From: Promethearchaeota archaeon
GTDB taxonomy: Archaea; Asgardarchaeota; Lokiarchaeia; Sigyniarchaeales; SOKP01
Length of the DNA stretch: 64,000 nucleotides
Direction: 5' to 3'
NCBI GenBank assembly: GCA_019058365.1
Contig: JAHPZE010000001.1
Span: 224,001-288,000 of the forward strand
Shown: positions 11,146 to 21,267 of the stretch, in pieces
Layout: each line of letters starts with the position of its first letter
Numbering within the stretch: the first letter of the stretch is position 1
The notes under the pieces: generated by a model
Database searches by the model: none
Told to the model about the DNA's origin: nothing
What the model saw: the letters and a program-made list of their open reading frames with translations, nothing else
Made by a program: the position numbers and the translations under genes

Positions 11146-12679
11146 ATTCACCTCCAGTAAATTTCTTTATTTGTTCTCGATTCAATTTTTTTGCAGGAAA
11201 TCGACTATATATATTATTTTTTCCCAACTGATCATATTTTATCGTAGCACACATTGGTAAGACTGTAGAATCATCCTCCATCTTTAAACCAGGTAAAGAA
11301 CCATTTGATAAACTAAAAACACAATTATTACCAATGTCAGCACCAAAAAAAGTTAGATTCTCTTCTCCATAAACACCATCAACTAAATGGTTGGTAATAT
11401 GGGCAAAAGTTCCGATATAGCAATTTCTGCCAAAATCAACATGACTGTGAAAAAAAGTATCTTCAAACACAGTTCCTTTACCAATCTTATTCGAACCTAT
11501 AAATTTTAACTCCCAACTAATAAGCCAAGGGAAGGGAGAACGAATAAAAGCAAAGATTGGATATTTAAATAAAAAGGATCTAAAATGATAATAATCTAAA
11601 GCTTTAGATGTTTCATCTAAATTCCGATCAAATACACCTTGAACATGTCCTCTTTTATCTGTCATTTTATAGAACCATCTAGTAAAAAGAGCTACAAAAA
11701 ATAAATGAATTAGGTATATTGCAATAAAGATTAAAGGAGTAAGGAAAAGAATTGTAATTTTAGTCATATCTAAAAGTAAATTTAAAGAAAAAGTAGTTGA
11801 GAGTAAATTTGGAGTTAGTAATCCAAATAGAAATAAGAAAAATAAAAAACCAGGTAAAATAAAAGAACACCCAATTATTATTATTCCTGCGATTAAGTAG
11901 AACTGAAAAGGAACAGATAATTCCTTTGCATGCGCTCTTAAATTTCCTCTATCATATTCATCAAGAATCTTCCTATTAAAAATAATATTTTGGAGACTAT
12001 TCTCATTTTTAATTGATTCTATTCCCTCTATCTTTTTAGCAGGAGAACCTCGGTAAATTGAATTAGGTTCTAATCGTTGATTGATTGTTGTCATTGTAAT
12101 CGCATCTAATATTGTATTAGATTCTATTATTGTCCCAGGTAATACAATTGAATGAGCACCTACAATTACATTATCTTTTATTGATACTTTTTTCAGAATT
12201 AACTTGTCTTTGATGATGATATTAGATATAATAAAACTTCCTGTCCCAACTTTAACATTTTTTCCCAATTCAATAAATTCACAATCAATCCATCCCTCAT
12301 ATAACGAGTTTGAAAAAGATGTTCTAACCCCGAGCATTTTCAAAACTAAAATTTCAAGAAAGGGTAATGACAATTGCCGTGCTAACCAAGTCGGCCATTT
12401 TCTTACAACCGCTCTTAAACTCCAATAACAGTAGTCTTTATCTCTACTATTTCTTAAGAAAACACCTTCTTTAGGTTTATGTAAGATATTTATAAATATC
12501 AAGAAGATTTTAGCAACAATAGCAGAACTTATTATCATTAATATTATACCTAAGAAGAAAGCTAATGGAAAAAGCGTATAAAATATTAAATCAAGAATAG
12601 GAAAGAATTGCCAAAAATACCATAACCATAATAACGATGGTTGAGCACTTAATATAATTACCAAAAAGTAGATTAGCAA
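11132..12679 (-). CDS. Membrane protein with two TM-pair plus LbH acyltransferase-like modules
   Basis: IELGKNVKVGTGS...IKDNVIVGAHSIVLPGT...GSPAKK, and a second module IGKGTVFED...FGRNCYIG...IGNNCVF...FPAKK. The true start may be ATT at 12745. Confidence 0.75.
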   Translation of the reverse strand: MLIYFLVIILSAQPSLLWLWYFWQFFPILDLIFYTLFPLAFFLGIILMIISSAIVAKIFLIFINILHKPKEGVFLRNSRDKDYCYWSLRAVVRKWPTWLARQLSLPFLEILVLKMLGVRTSFSNSLYEGWIDCEFIELGKNVKVGTGSFIISNIIIKDKLILKKVSIKDNVIVGAHSIVLPGTIIESNTILDAITMTTINQRLEPNSIYRGSPAKKIEGIESIKNENSLQNIIFNRKILDEYDRGNLRAHAKELSVPFQFYLIAGIIIIGCSFILPGFLFFLFLFGLLTPNLLSTTFSLNLLLDMTKITILFLTPLIFIAIYLIHLFFVALFTRWFYKMTDKRGHVQGVFDRNLDETSKALDYYHFRSFLFKYPIFAFIRSPFPWLISWELKFIGSNKIGKGTVFEDTFFHSHVDFGRNCYIGTFAHITNHLVDGVYGEENLTFFGADIGNNCVFSLSNGSLPGLKMEDDSTVLPMCATIKYDQLGKNNIYSRFPAKKLNREQIKKFTGGEYDGG

Positions 12680-12901
12680 GTACGGTTTTTTAGCAAGAGT
12701 ATTTGTAGTTCTTGGTCCAACTCTTAATGATGACGGAATTGAAATCTTAAAATCACTTTAATTTATCCTTTTTTAAAGCCAGAATATACGGAATTCAACT
12801 ATTAAATTTATATATAGAAGAATAATTATGTCCTATTTATTTATTTTTATCTATATAAAAAAATTAGCTTAAAAAAGACAATTTGGATGACTAAGAGGAT
12901 A

Positions 12902-13261
12902 TTAATCTTCTATTGTAAAATTTTTTATCATTGAAATATTTTTATCAATATCAATAGTAATGGCAATAAGCTTTAATTCTTCTTCATCTACGGTTTCTGG
13001 ATCCATCATCACAAAATAAAACTTATCCCCCTCTGTGTCAAAACCAACTTCCATTTCACCGCAATCCTCTGGAATTATCTCGATAATATTTTCTGGTGCA
13101 TTTTTTTTCAAGATCTCATAGATAGCATCTTCAAGTGTTTTCTGGTTCTCTCTAATTTTTTTAATATTCGAGAAATCAAATTGTCCCATTGATTCTTGAG
13201 CTTTTAAATTCAATTCATTCCATTCTGAAAACATTTCTTTTAAATTTTCTTTTGAAGACAT
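12902..13261 (-). CDS. Hypothetical acidic protein
   Basis: 119-aa ORF with protein-like composition. Confidence 0.7.
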   Translation of the reverse strand: MSSKENLKEMFSEWNELNLKAQESMGQFDFSNIKKIRENQKTLEDAIYEILKKNAPENIIEIIPEDCGEMEVGFDTEGDKFYFVMMDPETVDEEELKLIAITIDIDKNISMIKNFTIED

Positions 13262-13371
13262 AAAATAGCATTATTATTAACTAAATTAAAATTTCTTATT
13301 TTCAGAAAAATAACTAATAAGTAATTAATCTGTACTATATTATAACTATTTAAATTAAATTAGGTGAGATA

Positions 13372-13947
13372 ATGGATCTTCAACTTCCAAAGCCGATATT
13401 AAAAGGTAGTAAAAGTCTGGAAGAATGTATCTACGGACGGGAAAGTGTTAGAAGTTATAAAGAGAAAGTAATTGAGATAAAAGAGATTTCACAGATTTTA
13501 TGGGCAACCCAAGGGAAAAAAGGGAGTAAAAGAACAGTTCCTTCAGCAGGGGCTACCTATCCTTTAGAAATTTATGTTACTATAAAAAATAAGGGTTATT
13601 TTTATTATAATTACAGTAAGCATGTTTTAGAATATATTACAGATAAAGATTTAAGTAATAAGCTTGTTGAAGCTTCATGGAATCAACATTTTATTGCTGA
13701 GGCATATCTTAATGTAATAATTTGTGCTATTTTCGGAAGGACAATTGAAAGATATGGTCAAAGGGGAGTTAGATATGTTTATATTGAAGTAGGTCATTGT
13801 GCTCAAAATGTTCATTTAGAAGCTGTAGCCTTAGGTCTATGCTCAGTTCCTATAGGAGCATTTGAAGACGATAAAGTTAAGGAAGTACTAAAACTCAAAA
13901 AACAAATTGAACCTCTATATATTATTCCAATTGGACATCCAAAATGA
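13372..13947 (+). CDS. SagB/ThcOx-family nitroreductase-like flavoprotein
   Basis: RESVRSY, RTVPSAGATYPLEIY, EVGHCAQNVHL, IGAFED. Confidence 0.9.
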   Translation: MDLQLPKPILKGSKSLEECIYGRESVRSYKEKVIEIKEISQILWATQGKKGSKRTVPSAGATYPLEIYVTIKNKGYFYYNYSKHVLEYITDKDLSNKLVEASWNQHFIAEAYLNVIICAIFGRTIERYGQRGVRYVYIEVGHCAQNVHLEAVALGLCSVPIGAFEDDKVKEVLKLKKQIEPLYIIPIGHPK

Positions 13948-13957
13948 AGTAAACTTT

Positions 13958-14506
13958 TTAATATTCTCCTTGAACTTCAAATTCAGCTCTTTCTATAGAA
14001 AAATACATAGTTTTAGATGGAAAATCTTTAATTGGCATATGACCCATATATTTCATTCCTACTCTTTCAGCTACTTTCCACGCTCGTGAGTTTGTAGAAC
14101 GGATAAATGCGATAATTCCTGTTAAAGTTGGCTCTTCAAACGCATATTCTATAAGCTTTTTCATCGCTTCTATAGCAAAACCATGACCTCTATACTCAGG
14201 TCGCACCAAGTAGAAACACTGTGCCGTCTTACCATTTTCTGAAGATAACAACCCACACAATCCAATATAATTTCCACTTTCTTTATTTATGATTATTAAT
14301 GCAATTACAGGATCGATTGAGGTATAAGAATCTATAATAGAATTGAATATTTGCTGTGAGTTATTATCTAATTTCATCTTCAAAATGAATTTCAGGTTAG
14401 TATCCGCAGTAGTATCTTTTATAATATCCGAAAAAACCTCAAAATCATCTCGGTTCATTAGCCTTAGAATAAGTCTTTTACTCACAATTTTTTTAGGAAG
14501 ATTCAT
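13958..14506 (-). CDS. GNAT N-acetyltransferase, RimJ/RimL family
   Basis: SKRLILR, PEYRGHGFAIEA, NSRAWKVAERVGM. Confidence 0.85.
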   Translation of the reverse strand: MNLPKKIVSKRLILRLMNRDDFEVFSDIIKDTTADTNLKFILKMKLDNNSQQIFNSIIDSYTSIDPVIALIIINKESGNYIGLCGLLSSENGKTAQCFYLVRPEYRGHGFAIEAMKKLIEYAFEEPTLTGIIAFIRSTNSRAWKVAERVGMKYMGHMPIKDFPSKTMYFSIERAEFEVQGEY

Positions 14507-14603
14507 CGGACTAATTTACCTTATAAGATATACGTTATTAAGTTCTAAAGTTGTATTATTATTTATAATTTCCATTAAATCACGAACATTCAAGATTACA
14601 TTA

Positions 14604-15401
14604 ATGTCATTCGACGAGAATCTTGTAAAAAAAAGGATAAAAAACAGTTTAATATACAATTCCATAATTCTCTTAATTTTTATATTTTGGTTTTTTTACT
14701 CTTCGTTTGAAAACATTTTAATTGTATTCCTGATATGTCTCCTAATTTTTTTAGTGGTCTTGGTTAAATTTAATACAGAACTAAGATCTGGATTTACCGT
14801 AGAACAAAAAGTTTTTTACATACTGCTTTTTTTAATACCATTTGCTTTATTTGGGGATGCTATCCTATTTTATAACACTTCAGTTACATTTTTTATCCCA
14901 TTTAATAGATTAGTAGGCATAAAGAATAATTATAATCTTCTTCTATTTTTATTCTATTTCTCAATAATAGTGCTAAAATTAGTCGGGATTAAGGTTTATT
15001 TCTCAAGAAATGTTAAATTCCTTGAAGAAGGAAGAGGAGATGAAATATTTCAGTTTTTTACGAAGAATATTACATATAAAAAAGTAATACTTTTGGTGAT
15101 TCTCTTTCCACTTGTAGCGTTCATTGAGGAATTGATTTATAGAACACTTCTAATTAGTATTTTAACGTATTATCTTAATTTGGACTATACACTAAGTATC
15201 ATTTTTATTTCAATTATTTTTGGATTAGTACATTATTCAACTTCGCAAAATTGGGGGCATGTAATTTCCACACTTATATCTTCTATAATTTATTCCCTTG
15301 CTTTAATTCAATTAGGTATTATATATCCATGGATATTCCATTTATCAACTAATCTATTTGTTTTACTGTTTTATTATCAAGGAAAAAAAAATATTCTTTA
15401 G
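14604..15401 (+). CDS. CPBP/Abi (CAAX-protease-like) intramembrane metalloprotease
   Basis: EELIYR, FGLVH and HLSTN motifs. ATG at 14604 avoids overlap with the GNAT gene. Confidence 0.85.
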   Translation: MSFDENLVKKRIKNSLIYNSIILLIFIFWFFYSSFENILIVFLICLLIFLVVLVKFNTELRSGFTVEQKVFYILLFLIPFALFGDAILFYNTSVTFFIPFNRLVGIKNNYNLLLFLFYFSIIVLKLVGIKVYFSRNVKFLEEGRGDEIFQFFTKNITYKKVILLVILFPLVAFIEELIYRTLLISILTYYLNLDYTLSIIFISIIFGLVHYSTSQNWGHVISTLISSIIYSLALIQLGIIYPWIFHLSTNLFVLLFYYQGKKNIL

Positions 15402-15496
15402 AAATGAAATGATTATTAATTGAAATAATATGATTAGATCTTGAATAACCTTCTGGATTTAAAACAATACCCTAATGAATAATAAAGATTAAAAAA

Positions 15497-16312
15497 ATGA
15501 AAATAGATTTTCGAGAAGCCAAGAGTATCATAACAAAGAGTAATATTCCCTCAATTGATTATGTAATAAATCCATATACTGGATGTCAACATGGTTGCAT
15601 TTATTGTTATGCTGAATTTATGATAAGATTTACAGGTCATAAAGGAGATAAATGGGGACAGTTTTTAGATATAAAAAGTTTCGATTTGAATAAAATTAAA
15701 CCTCAGAAATATAATGGAAAAATAATTTTATTAAGTTCAGTAACAGATCCATACTTACCCTTAGAAAAGAAGTATCAAAATACAAGAAAGATTTTGGAAA
15801 AGCTAGTTGGAACTGAAGCTGAAATTTCAATTCTTACAAAATCGAAATTAGTTGTTCGAGATATTGACCTATTTAAAAAGTTTAAAAATGTTAATGTTGG
15901 TATCTCAATTAGTACTTTAGATGAGAATTTTGCAAGGATTATTGAACGAGCGGCATCAAAACCTTTAGATCGATTAGACGCTATTAAACAAATTTCTGAA
16001 GCTGGTATTGAAACATATACATTTATATCACCCTTTTTTCCAGAAATTACGGATTTTAAAGCAATTATTGAAGAGAGTAGAGAATATTCAAATCGTTTCA
16101 TGTTTGAAAATTTGAATTTTAGACCTCATAATGTGCCTAGAATAATAAAAGTAATAAAAGAATATTATCCAGAATTGGTTTCTAAATATAAAGAAATCCA
16201 AAAAGATCAAGGTTATTGGGATATTCTTGAGAGTGAGATTGAGAATTATTGCGAAAAAAAGAATCTTAATTATGATATTGAATTTCACCATGGAGGCTTT
16301 TCAAAAAGCTAA
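15497..16312 (+). CDS. Radical SAM protein, spore-photoproduct-lyase-like (Rv2578c-type)
   Basis: INPYTGCQHGCIYCYA, SSVTDPY, ILTKS..VVRDIDL. Confidence 0.85.
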   Translation: MKIDFREAKSIITKSNIPSIDYVINPYTGCQHGCIYCYAEFMIRFTGHKGDKWGQFLDIKSFDLNKIKPQKYNGKIILLSSVTDPYLPLEKKYQNTRKILEKLVGTEAEISILTKSKLVVRDIDLFKKFKNVNVGISISTLDENFARIIERAASKPLDRLDAIKQISEAGIETYTFISPFFPEITDFKAIIEESREYSNRFMFENLNFRPHNVPRIIKVIKEYYPELVSKYKEIQKDQGYWDILESEIENYCEKKNLNYDIEFHHGGFSKS

Positions 16313-16375
16313 AATTGTTCGTTATAATATATTTAATTAAGAATCATATATCTTAAAGATAGATATAATCCAAAA

Positions 16376-17683
16376 ATGCCCGAAGATTACCAGATTGCTT
16401 TAAACAAATTAAAAAGAATTTTACCCTTTGTTAATTCAGTTGCATTAATGGATGAAAGAGGCGAATTAGTTTATTCAACAGATAATTGGGATATAAAAGA
16501 AGATATGGTTAATCTAATATCTCTCTGGTCATCTATGAAACGTCAACCTATTGTAATTTCAGGAAAGGAATATTTAGTACGCACTTGTACAAGCGATAGA
16601 TTTGTAGCAAGCTCACCTAAAGGAGAAGGCCATATTGTAGGTGCTAAAGATGATGAGAGGACAATCATTACTCTTATTGAACCAGATGGGATTATTCCTT
16701 TTACTACTATGGAGATAGCTAGAATTTTAGCTTCATTAAAAGAAAAAGAACCTTACTTGGATAAGAGTATACAATTAGGAAAGAAAATCAAATTAATACG
16801 AGATGGATCCTCTAATAGTGAAAAAGTAAAGCAAAATAAACTTAATATTGATGTATTGCCTTTACAAAAACAAGATAAACCAGAATTAGATTTACCTTTC
16901 ACGGCTCGCCTTATGGCTTATTATCGAGCTCAAGAAGCTAAACACGATGATCCGTTAATTTTTGATCCTTTCGCAGAACGCCTCTCGGGTGATTTGAGTC
17001 CGTACTTGAATGATCATATACGGTTCTCTGAAATGGATTATCCGATCGTACGTTCATATTATATTGAAGAAGAGTTATTAACACCTTGGTGTAAAACAAA
17101 AGGAGAATCACAAATAGTAATGTTAGGAGCGGGGTTAGACACACGCGCGTATCGATTCAAACTCCTTCATAAAAATAAGCATACTCTTTTTGAAATCGAT
17201 TTTCCAAAAGTGATTCAATATAAAAATAAAATTTTAAAAGATGAAAAACCCTATTGCGACGTTGTACACTTATCTACTGATCTTTCCAAATCTAAATGGA
17301 TATCAATTTTGTTAAAAAGCGGATTTTCTAAAAATATTCCGACTTTTTGGATATTGGAGGGTCTCGCCTATTATATAGAAAAGCAAGATTTTACCTCTTT
17401 ACTCTTAAAAATAGCGGAGATAAGTATTGAAACCAGTCAGATTTTCACAGACATCATGCAATTATCAAGATGGTACTCTTTTCCATATACTTCAAATGGA
17501 ATTGTAGGTGATCCTTTTTCTAGGCATTTTAAATGGGGTATTGATATGAAAGTAGTTCAATCATTCTTTTCTGAATTTGGTTGGAATGTATCATGTTCTT
17601 TCGCTGACGATCATGATCAAGGTAGAAATGTGGGGCAGAAGGCGATGATTTTTATTCGTGGAGAAAGGGCTTCTAATATGTAG
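16376..17683 (+). CDS. Fusion of an N-terminal profilin-like domain and a C-terminal LCM-family (TIGR00027-like) SAM-dependent methyltransferase
   Basis: N-terminal VALMDERGELVYSTDNWDI...IVISGKEYLV..CTSDRFVASSPKGEGHIVGAK; C-terminal TARLMAYYRAQE, DPFAERL, MLGAGLDTRAYR, FEIDFP, ILEGLAYY. Confidence 0.8.
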   Translation: MPEDYQIALNKLKRILPFVNSVALMDERGELVYSTDNWDIKEDMVNLISLWSSMKRQPIVISGKEYLVRTCTSDRFVASSPKGEGHIVGAKDDERTIITLIEPDGIIPFTTMEIARILASLKEKEPYLDKSIQLGKKIKLIRDGSSNSEKVKQNKLNIDVLPLQKQDKPELDLPFTARLMAYYRAQEAKHDDPLIFDPFAERLSGDLSPYLNDHIRFSEMDYPIVRSYYIEEELLTPWCKTKGESQIVMLGAGLDTRAYRFKLLHKNKHTLFEIDFPKVIQYKNKILKDEKPYCDVVHLSTDLSKSKWISILLKSGFSKNIPTFWILEGLAYYIEKQDFTSLLLKIAEISIETSQIFTDIMQLSRWYSFPYTSNGIVGDPFSRHFKWGIDMKVVQSFFSEFGWNVSCSFADDHDQGRNVGQKAMIFIRGERASNM

Positions 17684-17785
17684 GTTTAGGCAACTTAAGG
17701 ATTTATTTTGAAATAAAACAATAAGATATAATTCATTTAAACTATTAAATAAAAATCATAAATTTAAAAAGAAAAATTTACATAG

Positions 17786-18433
17786 ATGCCAAGCGGAGTA
17801 ATTTCTCACCAAGCACCAGGATTATTAATTAAAATTAAATATCCAAGTAAGTTTGATGGAACAGCTCTATGTCTCAGTACATTAGTTCCCGATTTAAATG
17901 TACTCATTGACCCCTTTTTATCATTTTCATTTAGAAATTTAACTCATAGCTTATTAGGATTAATAATTTATACGATACCTTTAACGATAATATTAGCAAT
18001 TATTTTTTGCAGAAATATTAGTCCATTTATGGCTAAGATTGCGAAAAGAGATAATGTAATATATAAGCCATTGAAATATTTTGGCGTAGATGAATGGGAT
18101 AATTTAAAAAAAAAAAAATACAATAAGAGATTCTTTATTATTTCGTCTTACTCTGCACTTATCGGGGGATTAACACATCTTTTACTAGATCTTCCAGCAC
18201 ATGAATATGTAGAATTGTTTTATCCAATAATATTACAAAATCCTGACTTTTTATTATACTCTATTATAGATTTTGGCCCTATTACTATTGGTTCAATGCA
18301 AATTGAACGTAATTTAACAGTCTATCAACTTATATGGATGATCGAAACCTTAATTACATTTGTTATAGCTCTTTATCTTCTTAGATACATTAAAAAGCGT
18401 AATTTAATTAGCAAATGGTATGAAGATAGGTGA
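17786..18433 (+). CDS. DUF4184/YdjM-like membrane metal-dependent hydrolase
   Basis: SH, VPD, THS and THLLLD metal-ligand motifs with TM segments. Confidence 0.75.
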   Translation: MPSGVISHQAPGLLIKIKYPSKFDGTALCLSTLVPDLNVLIDPFLSFSFRNLTHSLLGLIIYTIPLTIILAIIFCRNISPFMAKIAKRDNVIYKPLKYFGVDEWDNLKKKKYNKRFFIISSYSALIGGLTHLLLDLPAHEYVELFYPIILQNPDFLLYSIIDFGPITIGSMQIERNLTVYQLIWMIETLITFVIALYLLRYIKKRNLISKWYEDR

Positions 18434-18440
18434 ATCATCA

Positions 18441-19424
18441 ATGAATTCAACCTTAAAAATAGTTCGAAAGCAGGAAATCATTGCATATATATTATTAATC
18501 ATAACTATGGTCATTTGGGGAGGCACATGGCCATTAGGTCGATGGTTAGTTTCTGAAGAAGTAGGAGGCGCAACAATCCCACCATTCATGATAGCAGCGA
18601 TCCGATATTTTTTAGCTATAATTTGTTTTTTTCTCATTCTTAAATTTAAAGAAGGAACGTTAAATTGGCAATTTGCAAAGAAAAATTGGAAGATCTTAGC
18701 CATGATGGGGTTTTTATCTGTTACAATTTATCAAGCAGGTTATCTTTTAGGTGAAATCTTCACGGCTGCGAGTGATGCAAGTATAATGGTCGCAACAAAT
18801 GCTATTTGGGTTGTAATTCTTTCCAGCATTTTCTTAAAAACAGAATTTTTTAACTGGAAAAAAGCAGCTGGATCTTTGTTAGCATTTCTAGCGGTTATCC
18901 TTGTTGTAGGGTTTTCTCCAAATGTAGAGGTTTTGAATCGATTTCTTGGAGATATTTTAATATTGGGAGCGGCATTTGCTTATGCTACATATACTATCAT
19001 TTCGCGTTATTTTTTGAACAAGACTAAAAGCGAAGCTGAATCCCATCAACCGAGCTCTATATGGATAATGACATGGGTATCATTTTTTGGATTTTTAACA
19101 ACCACTCCAATAGCTTTAATTATCAGCCCGGAATACCTTAACCCTCTTTGTTACATTTCAATTCCTCCCCGAGTATGGATAGGAATTGCATATTTAGCAT
19201 TTTTATCAACAATAGGCGCATATACATTTTATTTAGAGGGAGTAAAACGTTTAGATGCCAGCAGAGCAGCAATTTTTCAAGCATTAGTTCCTTTATTTGG
19301 TGTATTATTTTCTGCGATATTCCTTCAAGAAAACTTCGATATTTTCATTTATCCCTTCTCTTTATTATTGGTTGTTTTAGGAATAATTCTTGTAAATATT
19401 AAAAAAAATAAGAAAGTGGATTAA
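18441..19424 (+). CDS. DMT/EamA family transporter
   Basis: IWGGTW, two EamA repeats, ASRAAIFQALVP; ATG at 18441 after AGGTGA. Confidence 0.9.
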   Translation: MNSTLKIVRKQEIIAYILLIITMVIWGGTWPLGRWLVSEEVGGATIPPFMIAAIRYFLAIICFFLILKFKEGTLNWQFAKKNWKILAMMGFLSVTIYQAGYLLGEIFTAASDASIMVATNAIWVVILSSIFLKTEFFNWKKAAGSLLAFLAVILVVGFSPNVEVLNRFLGDILILGAAFAYATYTIISRYFLNKTKSEAESHQPSSIWIMTWVSFFGFLTTTPIALIISPEYLNPLCYISIPPRVWIGIAYLAFLSTIGAYTFYLEGVKRLDASRAAIFQALVPLFGVLFSAIFLQENFDIFIYPFSLLLVVLGIILVNIKKNKKVD

Positions 19425-19542
19425 TTTTCAATCCCTGAGACAAATTCTATTATTGATCGGCAACTACAAAAAAAAATTCATAATTTCAATATAACATTAA
19501 CTATATGTTTTTATATCAGAATTTATTTCTAACAAGTAGAAA

Positions 19543-19890
19543 ATGAATGAGAATAAGGATTATTATGAACTTTTAGGGATTGAAAAAGATTCTACAGAAG
19601 AGGAAATCAAGTTAGCATATAGAAAATTAGCTAAAAAATATCATCCCGATGTAAATAAAACTGATCCTAAAGCGAAAGAGAAATTTATCGAAATAAAAGA
19701 AGCTTATGAAACCTTAACTGATCCTATAAAACGTAGAATCTATAATCAACCAAAAAATAATCCTCAAAACCCAGATTGGAGTGATCTATTTAGAATTTCT
19801 GATTTTAGGACTTTTATCGAAATAATGAGACGAATGAATAGAAATTCAGCTCTATATTATAAACCTCCTCCTGAAGGGATGTACATCTAA
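19543..19890 (+). CDS. Small J-domain (DnaJ-type) protein
   Basis: [31 protein letters not shown]. Confidence 0.9.
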   Translation: MNENKDYYELLGIEKDSTEEEIKLAYRKLAKKYHPDVNKTDPKAKEKFIEIKEAYETLTDPIKRRIYNQPKNNPQNPDWSDLFRISDFRTFIEIMRRMNRNSALYYKPPPEGMYI

Positions 19891-20033
19891 TAAGGTGATT
19901 TTCTATTTGTTTGCCTAATATCTTAAGGAAATATTAGAATTTTTTTTAATAAAAATAATATAAATTTATAAGTTCATTATTTCATTTAGAATAGATCTGA
20001 TAATGTTGATTTAATTTTAATTCAGGTTATAAT

Positions 20034-20303
20034 ATGGTTGATTCCTCAAAATCTGACTTAGTGAATAAGATTAAAACTGAATATAATAAAAAATTGAAAG
20101 AATTAGAATCAAGGTTAGCATTAAAACATAAAGAATTGAAACAAATTGAAAATGAGCTTATTCATGACACAAAAAAGATTGATCATTCAAATGTTGGTAA
20201 ATTAAAATCACAAAAAGCAGAAATAAACGCAGCTATATTATTGTTAAAAAAAGAAATTAAAAAAGTCAGTAAGGAAAGGACTAAAAAACTTAAAAAATTG
20301 TGA
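20034..20303 (+). CDS. Small basic coiled-coil hypothetical protein
   Basis: 89 aa, K/E/L-rich heptad pattern. Confidence 0.65.
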   Translation: MVDSSKSDLVNKIKTEYNKKLKELESRLALKHKELKQIENELIHDTKKIDHSNVGKLKSQKAEINAAILLLKKEIKKVSKERTKKLKKL

Positions 20304-20446
20304 AGATTCCTTTTTGTTTAATTTTTTATTCTCATGGAATGTTTCTTGATTTTTCAATAAGACTTATAGATTTTAATAATTAAAATATTAATAGATCTTG
20401 AATAGACAAAAAAAAATAAATTAAACTAAAAAATTTTAAAATACCT

Positions 20447-20572
20447 ATGGCTGAAGTTAATCAAGAAATGGGAAATTGCGAAGAATGTGGGACGGCGATT
20501 AATCTAGCTGAAGCATGGAGAGTAAACGAAAAATTTTATTGTCAAAATTGCTTTGAGAAATTGAACCTCTAA
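20447..20572 (+). CDS. 41-aa C4 zinc-finger protein (LIM-half-like), not in ORF track
   Basis: MAEVNQEMGNCEECGTAINLAEAWRVNEKFYCQNCFEKLNL*. Confidence 0.7.
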   Translation: MAEVNQEMGNCEECGTAINLAEAWRVNEKFYCQNCFEKLNL

Positions 20573-20720
20573 TTTTACCGCCTTAAATTTTAAAGTCTTT
20601 TCATAACTAGTTTTTTTATGAAATTATCTTAAGATAACTCTATTTTGAGCTAACTGATGGACAATGGATATAATATTTAGATACTCTTTATAAATAAATA
20701 AAAAAATAAGAAAATTGTAT

Positions 20721-20767
20721 TTAAGAATTATTCTGGTGTCGCTCGTTTTTTCATAAAGATATATACA
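20721..20767 (-). repeat. Orphan copy of the 3' end of the beta-helix surface-protein gene (partner 25415-25461)
   Basis: 42/47 identical by hand alignment, 23-bp exact core gctcgttttttcataaagatata; encodes VYIFMKKRATPE* versus VYIFMKKRATLV*. Confidence 0.85.
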
Positions 20768-21267
20768 CGAGCACTTATAATTAAGTATTAAATTATAAAA
20801 TTCGAATATCATGAATTAATCTTTCTAACTGAATTTATTCTGCAATAATCCAAGAAATAAGACTATAATTTATTAAAATTAATTCTCTAATACTAGGGTC
20901 ATCATTAATAGTATTTTAAAAAGGGTAAAAACCCGAAAAATATCCCTAACATTGGAAAGGATATTATTGTTATTAATTGAATCTATTCTTTTAAAAAACT
21001 TAATCATGTACTACGTCAGTTAGTCTAACTTTCTTTAAGTTTTAAATTCCCTTTTTTGCAAGGATTATTTAAATTAATGCTTTTCAGTAAAACATCGATT
21101 TTCAGTTTTATTAAGAATATTAATTAATCTTTTTCACAGATATTACCTAAATAATAAGGATATTCAGTTAGAGTTCTTACTACGTTTATGAGAGGGAGAT
21201 TTATAATTTTTACGCCATATTATTATAAAAGTGATTAGCTTACATTCTAATAATATATAATTAAAAT

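Noticed and set aside
14343-14603. N-terminal extension of the CPBP protease
   Set aside because: It overlaps the GNAT gene antisense; ATG at 14604 is the better start.
13372-15401. RiPP (azole-peptide) cluster from SagB-like, GNAT and CAAX protease genes
   Set aside because: No YcaO or precursor peptide, mixed orientations, and all three families are common stand-alone genes in archaea.
20624-20812. 62-aa minus-strand ORF from the track
   Set aside because: Low-complexity shadow ORF; the meaningful text (VYIFMKKRATPE*) is in another frame.
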